Origin: a virus
Length of the DNA stretch: 64,000 nt
Virus record (IMG/VR): IMGVR_UViG_3300015202_000005
Coordinates: 1,947-65,946 of that record
Strand: one strand, 5' to 3'
Part shown: positions 18,485-26,945 of the stretch, piece after piece
Layout of the letters: the number at the start of each line of letters is the position of its first letter
How positions within the stretch are numbered: the first letter of the stretch is position 1
Position numbers and translations under genes: made by a program
Notes under the pieces: model-generated
Seen by the model: the letters and a program-made list of their open reading frames with translations, nothing else
What the model was told of the DNA's origin: nothing
The model's database searches: none

Positions 18485-18997
18485 ATGATATTTATTAACA
18501 AAGACGCTTTCGCAGCGTTAACTCAGGAAGACAAAGACATTTACACTTCAAGAAGTGTATCTTTTAAATTAAAGGCAAATGGTTATGTAGTAAACAACGC
18601 AACAATTCTGTCTGCACGACCACTAAGCAATGGTAATGTACTTATGACACTTAATGATAAGACAATTATGACTGTAATCGTTCCAAAAACGATAGCCGAA
18701 AATGCTTATAGAAATGGTGTTTCTGCGGGGGTATCCCGTATGATACCAAACTTGACGCACTGTTTAATATCATTTACAGCTGCAGTTAGTTTGACAGGAG
18801 AAACTTGGACAGACAAAAATGGTGTTGTGTCAAAAAGAACAAGCAACACCTTAACACCTACCGTTACAACATTAAAACCAAATTCTAGTTTGTTAATGAT
18901 ACTGGAAACAGTATCAGAAACAATTAGTAGAGATGTATTAACTGCACAACGTGCTCCAATCGTCCATGCGGATGAATTAGCACGTGTAGACGATTAG
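18485..18997 (+). CDS. hypothetical protein, possible OB-fold ssDNA-binding protein
   Basis: Likely start MIFINK; beta-rich with WTDKNG..R segment reminiscent of SSBs. Confidence 0.5.
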   Translation: MIFINKDAFAALTQEDKDIYTSRSVSFKLKANGYVVNNATILSARPLSNGNVLMTLNDKTIMTVIVPKTIAENAYRNGVSAGVSRMIPNLTHCLISFTAAVSLTGETWTDKNGVVSKRTSNTLTPTVTTLKPNSSLLMILETVSETISRDVLTAQRAPIVHADELARVDD

Positions 18998-19006
18998 TCT
19001 ACACAA

Positions 19007-19050
19007 CAGGTTATGTAGAGTAAACCACTAAGGTTGCTCTACATAGTTCT
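19007..19050 (+). repeat. conserved hairpin element, copy 1
   Basis: TATGTAGAG-TAAACCACTAAGGTTG-CTCTACATA. Confidence 0.85.
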
Positions 19051-19087
19051 GTTAATTAATCAATAGACAATTAAACAATTAAAAATT

Positions 19088-19546
19088 ATGAAAGTTTGTA
19101 TTTTAAACAACAAAATCTTCAATTATGAACACATTAGCTCTTTAAAAGAGGAGCTAAACTCAGTTTCCGTTGTTATAAGCCAAAGCGCCATAATAGGCAA
19201 CAACGTAAAATTTGGCAAAAACGTAACAATAGGTGATGACGTTAGAATAAATAGCGACGTAACAATAGGTGACAACACCTACATTGGTGATGACGTTACG
19301 ATAGGCGAAAACGCCTATATTGATGACAATTCAACTATTAAAAGAAGCGTTGTTATAACAGCACACAGATTTACTGTATGCTGGTATAGCAATGGCTATA
19401 TTCAAATAGGATGTAAAACACTTTCCATTCAGCAGTGGCAAGACCACTACATCCAAATAGGAATGGAGTTCGAGGCAACTACTAAAGAGATAGCAGAATA
19501 TAAAGGCTACATTGACTTCTGCGCATCAATGCAGAAGTTAGTTTAA
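19088..19546 (+). CDS. hexapeptide-repeat (left-handed beta-helix) protein
   Basis: IGNNVK/IGDDVR/IGDNTY/IGDDVT/IGENAY repeats; C-terminal IQIGC..W..EY domain. Confidence 0.75.
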   Translation: MKVCILNNKIFNYEHISSLKEELNSVSVVISQSAIIGNNVKFGKNVTIGDDVRINSDVTIGDNTYIGDDVTIGENAYIDDNSTIKRSVVITAHRFTVCWYSNGYIQIGCKTLSIQQWQDHYIQIGMEFEATTKEIAEYKGYIDFCASMQKLV

Positions 19547-19585
19547 TTTATTAGTTTTCAATTTTTTACATTTTAAAATACTTTT

Positions 19586-19807
19586 ATGATAGTGTTTTTA
19601 AGAACAGAATCTGCATCTCATACATGCGGATGCAGTGGTTGTACACAATGTGCAGCCACTGGTTACCACTATATCTTAGTGGATGATGCAAAGTATTTTG
19701 CGTCATTTATGTGTAGGGAAGGGAACACAGAGCCATTCTATTTGGAAGAAGGCGAAACAGAATCCGCTATTATTGCGGATGAAACTAGGTGGATACTTTG
19801 GGACTAA
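19586..19807 (+). CDS. small Cys-rich protein
   Basis: HTCGCSGCTQC putative metal-binding site. Confidence 0.6.
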   Translation: MIVFLRTESASHTCGCSGCTQCAATGYHYILVDDAKYFASFMCREGNTEPFYLEEGETESAIIADETRWILWD

Positions 19808-19809
19808 TG

Positions 19810-19853
19810 CAGGTTATATAGAGTAAACCACTAAGGTTACTCTATATAATTCT
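19810..19853 (+). repeat. conserved hairpin element, copy 2
   Basis: TTATATAGAGTA-AACCACTAAGGT-TACTCTATATAA. Confidence 0.85.
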
Positions 19854-19870
19854 ATAAATAGAACTATAAC

Positions 19871-19909
19871 AATCCACAAGGTAAACCATTTAGGTTGCCT
19901 TGTGTGATT
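19871..19909 (+). repeat. conserved hairpin element, copy 3
   Basis: CACAAGG-TAAACCATTTAGGTTG-CCTTGTG: same core, different outer stem. Confidence 0.8.
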
Positions 19910-19983
19910 TGTTGTAAAACAACAAAACCAACTTGAAACTAAAACTTGAAACTATATTATTAACAATAATAAATACATAACGT

Positions 19984-20508
19984 ATGCTTAATATAATACA
20001 ACAAAAACTTACGGAATCACCATTAGAGTATGCAATATTATTTGTACTTTGTACAATACTAGTAGCAATTACTATTGAACGAATCGTTCACTTAGTAAGA
20101 ATTCACAAAGAATTTAAACTAGCTCTTATTGAGCTAGCTACTAAATATAAAACACCAATTACCCAAACTATTACTCAAACCAGTACACCAATTACCCAAA
20201 CAGATACCCAAACAGATACACCAGTAACAGTGTATGATTACTTTATTACACAATTACAAACAAGTAATTGGAGTAATGATATGAAAGGTAATTTAAAAGA
20301 CTGTGTGTATAAACCATCAGTATCAAGACAAGTACATTGGTACAGTGATACATTTGTATCATATGTTATCAATGGTAGAGGAAATGTTAAGGTACTGAAT
20401 ATAACCAATAGTGGTTATGTTTATGCAATTAGTAATGACAATACAATGCGGAAAGGTTTTTTCATTAAGATAGGAAATATTAGTTATTTCTTATTAGATA
20501 CTAAGTAA
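19984..20508 (+). CDS. membrane-anchored protein with Thr/Gln-rich repeats
   Basis: TM segment YAILFVLCTILVAITI; TPITQT repeats. Confidence 0.7.
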   Translation: MLNIIQQKLTESPLEYAILFVLCTILVAITIERIVHLVRIHKEFKLALIELATKYKTPITQTITQTSTPITQTDTQTDTPVTVYDYFITQLQTSNWSNDMKGNLKDCVYKPSVSRQVHWYSDTFVSYVINGRGNVKVLNITNSGYVYAISNDNTMRKGFFIKIGNISYFLLDTK

Positions 20509-20788
20509 TAAATATAGGAGAAGTATAGTAATGATATAGTGTAACGTTGTTACACACAAACCACACTTCTCCTAACCTTCTTTCTATTCCAAATTCAATA
20601 CAAATTTATAGTTGTTAAACACATAGTTTTACAACTATTTAATAACAACACAATCAACAGTATTTAACTTGAAATAACAATACAGTATAAAACACTGTAT
20701 ACTAAATAAAATAACCTACATTTAATCATTAAAAAATAACAAATCATCCTTGATTTTAGTTATTTAATCACAATTTAAACACAAACTA

Positions 20789-21319
20789 ATGGTACTAAAG
20801 TACGACAAAACTTATTATGTATTTGATGTTATTGCATCAAACATAATCAACTGGTTAACACCAGTAGCATCTAACAACAATAAAGCAGGAAGTTGGAGTT
20901 TTTATTCATCGAAAAAAACCAATCTACGTTTCAGTAACCACTGGAACAATAAAAAAGGTGGTTTTTATGCTACAAAAGCACTACTTCTTTGCATTGACTG
21001 TAAAGCAGACGAATGTGATGTAATGTTCAATGGCGCATGTTACAAAATATTAGTAGATTTATCTACTAATGTTAAAACATATAACTGTTGCACTGCTTTC
21101 AATTGGCCAACTTGTACAACACAATACAAATCTTGGAGAAATCTAGGATACGATATTGACGGCTCTTTATGCCGTACAATGTCATATAAAAATGACATGA
21201 CAGAAAACAAAGATAGGGTTTCTATTAGTGAAAGCAATTTTACTAACAGTGATATTCTAACTTTCATAGAATACAACAACAGTTTTTGCAATGATAAACA
21301 AATACACAATGATGTGTAA
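20789..21319 (+). CDS. hypothetical protein
   Basis: 176 aa, LRFSNHW motif, Cys-rich. Confidence 0.65.
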   Translation: MVLKYDKTYYVFDVIASNIINWLTPVASNNNKAGSWSFYSSKKTNLRFSNHWNNKKGGFYATKALLLCIDCKADECDVMFNGACYKILVDLSTNVKTYNCCTAFNWPTCTTQYKSWRNLGYDIDGSLCRTMSYKNDMTENKDRVSISESNFTNSDILTFIEYNNSFCNDKQIHNDV

Positions 21320-21482
21320 ATTGTGTTGGTTTCCAATGATAAAATCAATGGAAATACAAAACAAAGTATATTATATTGAAAGTACTGACCCATTTGGAAG
21401 TACATTAACTACTACTTTAGAACACGCTAAATTAGTAGATTGTATGAAATGTCCAAAATGTGGTCATGCTGTTACAATATAA
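21309..21482 (+). CDS. small zinc-ribbon-like protein
   Basis: CKLC...CMKCPKCGH. Confidence 0.55.
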   Translation: MMCKLCWFPMIKSMEIQNKVYYIESTDPFGSTLTTTLEHAKLVDCMKCPKCGHAVTI

Positions 21483-21782
21483 CGTTTTTATCTATGTACG
21501 TTAACATAGATTACAATATCAGCCTCGTTGATTGAGGACAATATAAAACTGTACTTGCGCTTACAAACAAGTTCTTATCAGATAGTTAATTTTTAACTAA
21601 CAGTTTGGCAGCAAACTAATTAATAGTCTAATCAACTATACCTAAATTTGCCTATTACAACTAAAAGTGTAATAGTATATATACTAAATAGTATATAATT
21701 GTGCGGGATTATCTATTGATACGATAATTAATATTTTTAATACAAATAACACCTGTCAAGGTGTATAAATATATGAGATAAT

Positions 21783-22325
21783 ATGAATATTATAGAAATT
21801 AAAAAATCATTAGCTGCAATACGTAACTATTGCAAGTCACACATTATCATCGTAGTAGGTGATGGTGTCGGTATTAAAGTTGATGCTAGAAAAGTAGAAT
21901 TTGCAGCAACAACATTACCTAGTAACTTTACACTAGATTTAGGTGTAATCAATGCTGTTCCTGTAACAAGAGCTACATCAGTCGGTGTTATTGGATTTAC
22001 AAGTAATAACAAAACAGTCTATTTAAACGACTGTGTTTCTTATAAAGAAATGTATAATAGCAATAACAGTAGTGATTTAAGAGCTGGTATTCCATTAATG
22101 GATATACCTGGAAGTGAAAATTGTAAGTTCATACTTATATGTGAGTACAACAGGTTTGACAACAATGAAATAGCATATACCTATACTTTGTATATTTCAC
22201 CTGATATTAAAGCTGCAATAGCCTCTGAGGAAGAGGCTGACAAAGCACGTTGGAACAGTGCATATCAAAGCACAAAAAATTACCATATACCTGGTAAAAA
22301 TAACAGAGGTGGAGGTGGTAAGTAA
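21783..22325 (+). CDS. hypothetical protein
   Basis: 180-aa ORF with typical codon usage. Confidence 0.7.
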   Translation: MNIIEIKKSLAAIRNYCKSHIIIVVGDGVGIKVDARKVEFAATTLPSNFTLDLGVINAVPVTRATSVGVIGFTSNNKTVYLNDCVSYKEMYNSNNSSDLRAGIPLMDIPGSENCKFILICEYNRFDNNEIAYTYTLYISPDIKAAIASEEEADKARWNSAYQSTKNYHIPGKNNRGGGGK

Positions 22326-22388
22326 CAACAGCAACACTTAATAGAAATATTAAGTGTTGTTTATTTTTTAACATTTAAATTAAAGCGT

Positions 22389-23333
22389 ATGGTAAGATTT
22401 GTATATATTAAACAAATCAAACAAAATGAGTGGGATATTAAAACTATTACATTAATACCAACAATTAGTATGGAAATTAAAAAAGGAATAGTAATATTCC
22501 TTAGTGCATTATCTTTAATATTGCTAATATCAATATTAACAGAGAAAAATGTAACTACTCCTACTAAAGTGATACAGCTACCTGAAGAGGTAGTTGATGA
22601 AATAATAGAAATGGCAATAGATAAAAAGAAAGTTGCTAAACATAGCAATGCTTATTTAAAATCTAAAGCTAAAAAAACAACAGTAATTAATAATGAAATT
22701 ACAGCCATTCAGGTGTTAAATAAAGGCGAAGGCTTTTATTCTATCCCTTATTGGGATAATAAGCAATATAGCGTTGGCTATGGCTCTTATATTAGTTATG
22801 AAGACTGTAAAATCATATGGAAACGTATGAAAATTACAGAAATAACAGGTAAAGCAATTGCCTGGAGAATTCATTCTCTATCTAATACTAGAAATGGTTA
22901 TAAGAAAGTAATGCAAATATGCAATACTTTTAAAACTTATAAAGGTAGCCTTACTGAGAAGGAAGCATGTACTATGCGAAACAAAGAACTTAACAAGTTC
23001 TATGTTTTAGTTAATGGTAAATTTCCAAACTTACCAAGTGTACAAAAGCAAGTATTAACTTGTACAGTGTATAACACTGGTTGGTTTGGTTTTATAGGTG
23101 GTAAATCTACTACACACCATATTATACCAAAGAGCGCATTGTGTCATGCTTTAGAAACAAATCATTACTTTAGTAAACCTGTTTACACAGCATATACTAA
23201 ATTAAAAATTTGTTCTAACGGTAAGTTTAACAAAGGATTATTGCGTCGTAGATGTCTCGAAAGAGACCAATTTATGGCAAATAAAGATGTAGCTTCCCTT
23301 TCTGCTTTTAAAAAACGTTATAACAACTTTTAA
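22389..23333 (+). CDS. GH24 (phage lysozyme)-like muramidase with N-terminal membrane anchor
   Basis: EGFYSIPYWD...SVGYG (E-8x-D) and C-terminal GLLRRRCLERDQF; TM segment GIVIFLSALSLILLISIL; the true start may be the internal MEIKKG. Confidence 0.75.
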   Translation: MVRFVYIKQIKQNEWDIKTITLIPTISMEIKKGIVIFLSALSLILLISILTEKNVTTPTKVIQLPEEVVDEIIEMAIDKKKVAKHSNAYLKSKAKKTTVINNEITAIQVLNKGEGFYSIPYWDNKQYSVGYGSYISYEDCKIIWKRMKITEITGKAIAWRIHSLSNTRNGYKKVMQICNTFKTYKGSLTEKEACTMRNKELNKFYVLVNGKFPNLPSVQKQVLTCTVYNTGWFGFIGGKSTTHHIIPKSALCHALETNHYFSKPVYTAYTKLKICSNGKFNKGLLRRRCLERDQFMANKDVASLSAFKKRYNNF

Positions 23334-23335
23334 CA

Positions 23336-23434
23336 ATGACAACAGTAACAACGATTATGCTTCAAGAAGCATTAAACTATGGTGCTGAATCTTTAGAGAT
23401 ACAGAACCAATTTATTAACAATTTAAATAACTAA
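23336..23434 (+). CDS. micro-ORF, 32 aa
   Basis: MTTVTTIMLQEALNYGAESLEIQNQFINNLNN fills the gap exactly. Confidence 0.4.
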   Translation: MTTVTTIMLQEALNYGAESLEIQNQFINNLNN

Positions 23435-23439
23435 TTAGT

Positions 23440-23658
23440 ATGGCTGAAAAAATCCACGTTCCTGGAAAGTTTAAGGTAAAATCATACCTTAAAAAACAAG
23501 AAAAATTACAAGAGCCAAAAGCTAAAGAAGCTAAAGCAATTAATCTTGTAAAAAAGTTGATAAACAGAATTGAGGTATTGACAAGTACATTGTCATTACC
23601 TTTTACAGATAAAATTCAAGTTAATGCACGTATTAATGCATTAAGATTGAGAGTATAA
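23440..23658 (+). CDS. small basic protein
   Basis: 72 aa, Lys-rich, followed by a terminator. Confidence 0.6.
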   Translation: MAEKIHVPGKFKVKSYLKKQEKLQEPKAKEAKAINLVKKLINRIEVLTSTLSLPFTDKIQVNARINALRLRV

Positions 23659-23690
23659 GGTGTTTGAATTTCTCATTGGTTAACATTGTG

Positions 23691-23718
23691 CCCCTACTGT
23701 AACAAGTAGGGGTTTTTT
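23691..23718 (+). terminator. intrinsic terminator
   Basis: CCCCTACT-GTAACA-AGTAGGGG-T6. Confidence 0.85.
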
Positions 23719-23735
23719 ATTTAAAAAATTAAAGC

Positions 23736-23840
23736 ATGAATACAGTGACATTTTTCTGTTACATAGTATGCTATGTAATAGTAACATTTGGATTAATTAA
23801 TTTTCTACTAAAAGTAGAAAAACAAAAGAAAAAATCATGA
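23736..23840 (+). CDS. micro-ORF, 34 aa, single TM helix
   Basis: MNTVTFFCYIVCYVIVTFGLINFLLKVEKQKKKS; ATGA overlap. Confidence 0.55.
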   Translation: MNTVTFFCYIVCYVIVTFGLINFLLKVEKQKKKS

Positions 23841-24046
23841 CAGTATATTTATACATATGGTATGAAGTCAACTGTGATTATACTCCTGGTATGATTATAG
23901 GAACAGGTACATCTTTAGAAGATGTACGTAGAAAATTCAGTAAAGCATTAAAAGGCAATTACGACGAAGCAATGATACAAGAACCTAGTAAAATAATACC
24001 TGTATTATACGACGATGCAATTGCAACAATTTCAGGAGGTGGATGA
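23837..24046 (+). CDS. hypothetical protein
   Basis: 69 aa, ATGA-coupled at both ends. Confidence 0.65.
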   Translation: MTVYLYIWYEVNCDYTPGMIIGTGTSLEDVRRKFSKALKGNYDEAMIQEPSKIIPVLYDDAIATISGGG

Positions 24047-24168
24047 TTTATAACATCACTTCTCCCCATAAGCAGGAGTTCTTAATAAATCAACTAATCT
24101 ACTTAGAACTCTTACTTACAGGGAGACACCCAGACTGTACTTTTTCAGTTTTAACCCAGCAATCTTAA
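24043..24168 (+). CDS. micro-ORF, 41 aa
   Basis: MIYNITSPHKQEFLINQLIYLELLLTGRHPDCTFSVLTQQS; ATGA overlap. Confidence 0.35.
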   Translation: MIYNITSPHKQEFLINQLIYLELLLTGRHPDCTFSVLTQQS

Positions 24169-24264
24169 TTCAAAAATAACGTCTTAAACCACCTAAAAAC
24201 CGCTTTTTTAATCTGTCAAACTTCAATTTTGACTATCCTCCTAATTACCACTTTTAAACTGTAT

Positions 24265-24530
24265 AATCAAATGATTGTATTTAGTAGTATATTCATGCGA
24301 CTAAATCATTTTTAAAGCGGCGTGACCTTTAAAACAATCAATTAAGCCATTCACTCGGTATTATTTATTTATACTCAAATAAACATAAAAATCAACCATT
24401 CACAAAAATTGGTTAAAACCTTGTAGCTAATCAATTGATTATCAACAGTTTAACAGGTTTTAAAAAGTGCATAAGATGTAATCTTTATGCAATTTTTTAC
24501 CTTGATAATCAATTGATAATCAATACTTTA
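24265..24530. promoter_or_regulatory. candidate replication origin / IHF-type site cluster
   Basis: WATCAA-N4-TTR matches at 24265, 24429 and 24518; 17/18 inverted repeat 24428-24445 / 24502-24519. Confidence 0.45.
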
Positions 24531-24644
24531 TCTTTTTATTTTTATCAATAACTGTAAATTTTTGATTTTTTATGTATGGCCTCCAGATACCGATACAATA
24601 CAAATAAATCACAGTATTTCTGTCAAATTTTGACAATAATGCCA

Positions 24645-24652
24645 TACCTTTG
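24645..24652 (+). promoter_or_regulatory. Bacteroidota -7 promoter element
   Basis: TACCTTTG 20 nt before the ATG at 24672; -33 element weak. Confidence 0.5.
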
Positions 24653-24671
24653 TTTTCTAAATTTAAATAAA

Positions 24672-25286
24672 ATGTTAGATTTTTCAACAGTTAGTAAAGT
24701 AAAAAGTAAACAACTTGTAACAAACACAATGAATAGTAAATTTTTAAGTAAAGAAGACACTATTAAATATAATCTTTTAAATGGTAACTTTAAAGATGTT
24801 AACATAAAAAACCCATTTAGAAGTAAAAGAACATTTGAAGTATACTCAAGAACTAAAAGTATTAAACCATCAAACAACCTTAACGAAGAGCCAACATTAG
24901 ATAATCCTGTAATAATTCAAGATAAAGGAAAGCTATTAAAATATTTAATAGAATCAGATGTATATACTAGAGTATATACTAACGAAACAATAAGAGAACA
25001 AATAACAACATGGGAAAATGCAACTAAGCTATTATATTTTTATATAACTTTATATATTAATAGAAAAGCAGAAGTTATTGATTTAACGTTTAACGAAGAA
25101 ACTATGGGAATGTCTATTAATACTTATAAAAAAGCATTAGTAGAATTATTAGATGAAGCCGTAATAATTTCTGTATCTAAAATAAAGAATTTGTATTGGG
25201 TAGATTTTACTTATATATCCCCAAGTTCAAGAATTGATAAATTTCCTGAATGTATGATACAAAGAATAAGAACTAAAAAACTTTAA
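24672..25286 (+). CDS. RepL-like winged-helix replication protein
   Basis: GMSINTYKKALVELLDEAVI...LYWVD wHTH pattern; RepL-like genes occur in crAss-like phages. Confidence 0.55.
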   Translation: MLDFSTVSKVKSKQLVTNTMNSKFLSKEDTIKYNLLNGNFKDVNIKNPFRSKRTFEVYSRTKSIKPSNNLNEEPTLDNPVIIQDKGKLLKYLIESDVYTRVYTNETIREQITTWENATKLLYFYITLYINRKAEVIDLTFNEETMGMSINTYKKALVELLDEAVIISVSKIKNLYWVDFTYISPSSRIDKFPECMIQRIRTKKL

Positions 25287-25302
25287 TTAAACAAATAACA
25301 TA

Positions 25303-25689
25303 ATGAATCAAGAAGAGAAAGAAAAAAAATATGGTAAAAATCCTTTTATACCAGAACAAAATACAGAGAATTTAGAAAACATTTTAAACGCATCAGCTAC
25401 AATAACAATTAATGGAATAGTAATAGATGCTTCTAATCATACAGAAATACTACAAGACAACTCTAGTGATTTTATAAATGATTCTATTAAATTATTTAAA
25501 AAAATTAAAGAAGTAAATACACTATACTATAAATTTAAAATAAAACATCTAAGTTTTGACAATCAAAAAGTAGGAGATTTATTTAATGAATTAGAAGAAG
25601 GTTTGATATTAACATTAAATAGTATGAATAATACTACTTGTTTTATTCCACCAACTTGTATAATTGATAATTATAACGATGAAATATAA
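25303..25689 (+). CDS. hypothetical protein
   Basis: 128-aa ORF in operon. Confidence 0.6.
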   Translation: MNQEEKEKKYGKNPFIPEQNTENLENILNASATITINGIVIDASNHTEILQDNSSDFINDSIKLFKKIKEVNTLYYKFKIKHLSFDNQKVGDLFNELEEGLILTLNSMNNTTCFIPPTCIIDNYNDEI

Positions 25690-25794
25690 ACAATAAAAAT
25701 AAAGAGCAAACATACTATAATTAAGTAACATGTAAGCGAGGTTTAGTAGTTACCCTAACAAAACTACATTTTTTAATAATAAACAATAAACAAT

Positions 25795-26046
25795 ATGGAT
25801 GAAAAACACAGATTAATAATTGACCTATCAGATAAACTAATAAACTATTGTAAATACAGTAACAGTAGATTTGATGTTAGTTTATACAGCTTATATACTA
25901 AAATTATAAAAAATAATTTAGTAGATGAAGCAAACCAGGAGTTTAAAGAATTGAGTAAGTACCTGCATGAATCCTACTTACGTCAGTTAGAAGGTTATAA
26001 ACAATGTTTTATTAACTTATATAAAGTACACAATAACAATGTATAA
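25795..26046 (+). CDS. hypothetical protein
   Basis: 83-aa ORF. Confidence 0.55.
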   Translation: MDEKHRLIIDLSDKLINYCKYSNSRFDVSLYSLYTKIIKNNLVDEANQEFKELSKYLHESYLRQLEGYKQCFINLYKVHNNNV

Positions 26047-26212
26047 AACATTAAACAACGAACAACTACTAATTGAATACAAATTAGTAGCAAAACAATA
26101 TGATGATTTTGTATTCCCTAAATATGCTACAAATAAGCATAGATTAGAAGAAGCAAGACTTCATGCAAACTTAAAACTTATTAATAACGAATTAAAAAAA
26201 CGAAAGTTATGA
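26039..26212 (+). CDS. small hypothetical protein, 57 aa
   Basis: MYKTLNNEQLLIEYK...; overlaps both neighbours; absent from the provided track. Confidence 0.55.
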   Translation: MYKTLNNEQLLIEYKLVAKQYDDFVFPKYATNKHRLEEARLHANLKLINNELKKRKL

Positions 26213-26400
26213 CACATGAAGAAAAAGTATTAGATAGCTGGTCACAAGACCTAAACAACAACATTAGCAGACTAGCTGCTCAAAACGAACTGTTAAAAAC
26301 AGAAAATGAAGAGTTAAAAGCCTTCATTGAAATACTAAAGAAAAAAAAACAAGATGTAAAAAAAGAACACGCTCTTTACCTACATTCACTATTTTATTAA
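26209..26400 (+). CDS. small coiled-coil protein
   Basis: 63 aa with heptad pattern. Confidence 0.55.
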   Translation: MTHEEKVLDSWSQDLNNNISRLAAQNELLKTENEELKAFIEILKKKKQDVKKEHALYLHSLFY

Positions 26401-26423
26401 TTAACAATTTAAACATATAACAT

Positions 26424-26855
26424 ATGTATAAGATTTTTACAACAATACTACTATTAGTTGCATTAACATCAAATGCTCAGGTAGTAAACGCTTTACTTAT
26501 AGAAAAAGTAAAGAACGGAGTAACATCCGATATTAATGATTTTATTATAGTACATTACGATTCAATGTATTATAGTATAGAAGGTAAAAACTTCAGTTTT
26601 AGTAAAAATGATGCACACGGAATTGCATTAGCAAACGGTGTTGGTATTATTAAAATTAGAACAAATAAACATCTATTACAATATGTAGTAGATATTTATG
26701 ACCGTAGTAAAATACTGTATGTATGGCACTATAATAAAATTGATAATTCGTTTGTTTCTTATACCACAGATGGTATAAATAAACAGGCAATACTAGATTA
26801 TGTTATTAGATTTATAGAAGTACCAGAAGGTATTACTATTACATATAACAAATAA
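26424..26855 (+). CDS. secreted protein with Sec signal peptide
   Basis: MYKIFTTILLLVALTSNA|Q. Confidence 0.7.
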   Translation: MYKIFTTILLLVALTSNAQVVNALLIEKVKNGVTSDINDFIIVHYDSMYYSIEGKNFSFSKNDAHGIALANGVGIIKIRTNKHLLQYVVDIYDRSKILYVWHYNKIDNSFVSYTTDGINKQAILDYVIRFIEVPEGITITYNK

Positions 26856-26884
26856 GGTTTGAGTTGAAATTAAATAAATTGTCG

Positions 26885-26920
26885 AAGCCGTAGTAACGAA
26901 TTATTATTACGGCTTTTTTT
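26885..26920 (+). terminator. intrinsic terminator
   Basis: AAGCCGTAGTAA...TTATTACGGCTT plus T-run. Confidence 0.85.
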
Positions 26921-26945
26921 ATTAAACAATTAATAATCAAGAAAT

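Noticed and set aside
24061-24126. Long hairpin TCTCCC..GAGTTCT/AGAACTC..GGGAGA as a separate ncRNA
   Set aside because: It overlaps an ATGA-coupled micro-ORF and includes one copy of the dispersed motif, so it is not independent evidence
17200-24600. tRNA or tmRNA genes in the intergenic structured regions
   Set aside because: No cloverleaf with T-loop/D-loop consensus found by eye; a tRNAscan or ARAGORN run would settle it
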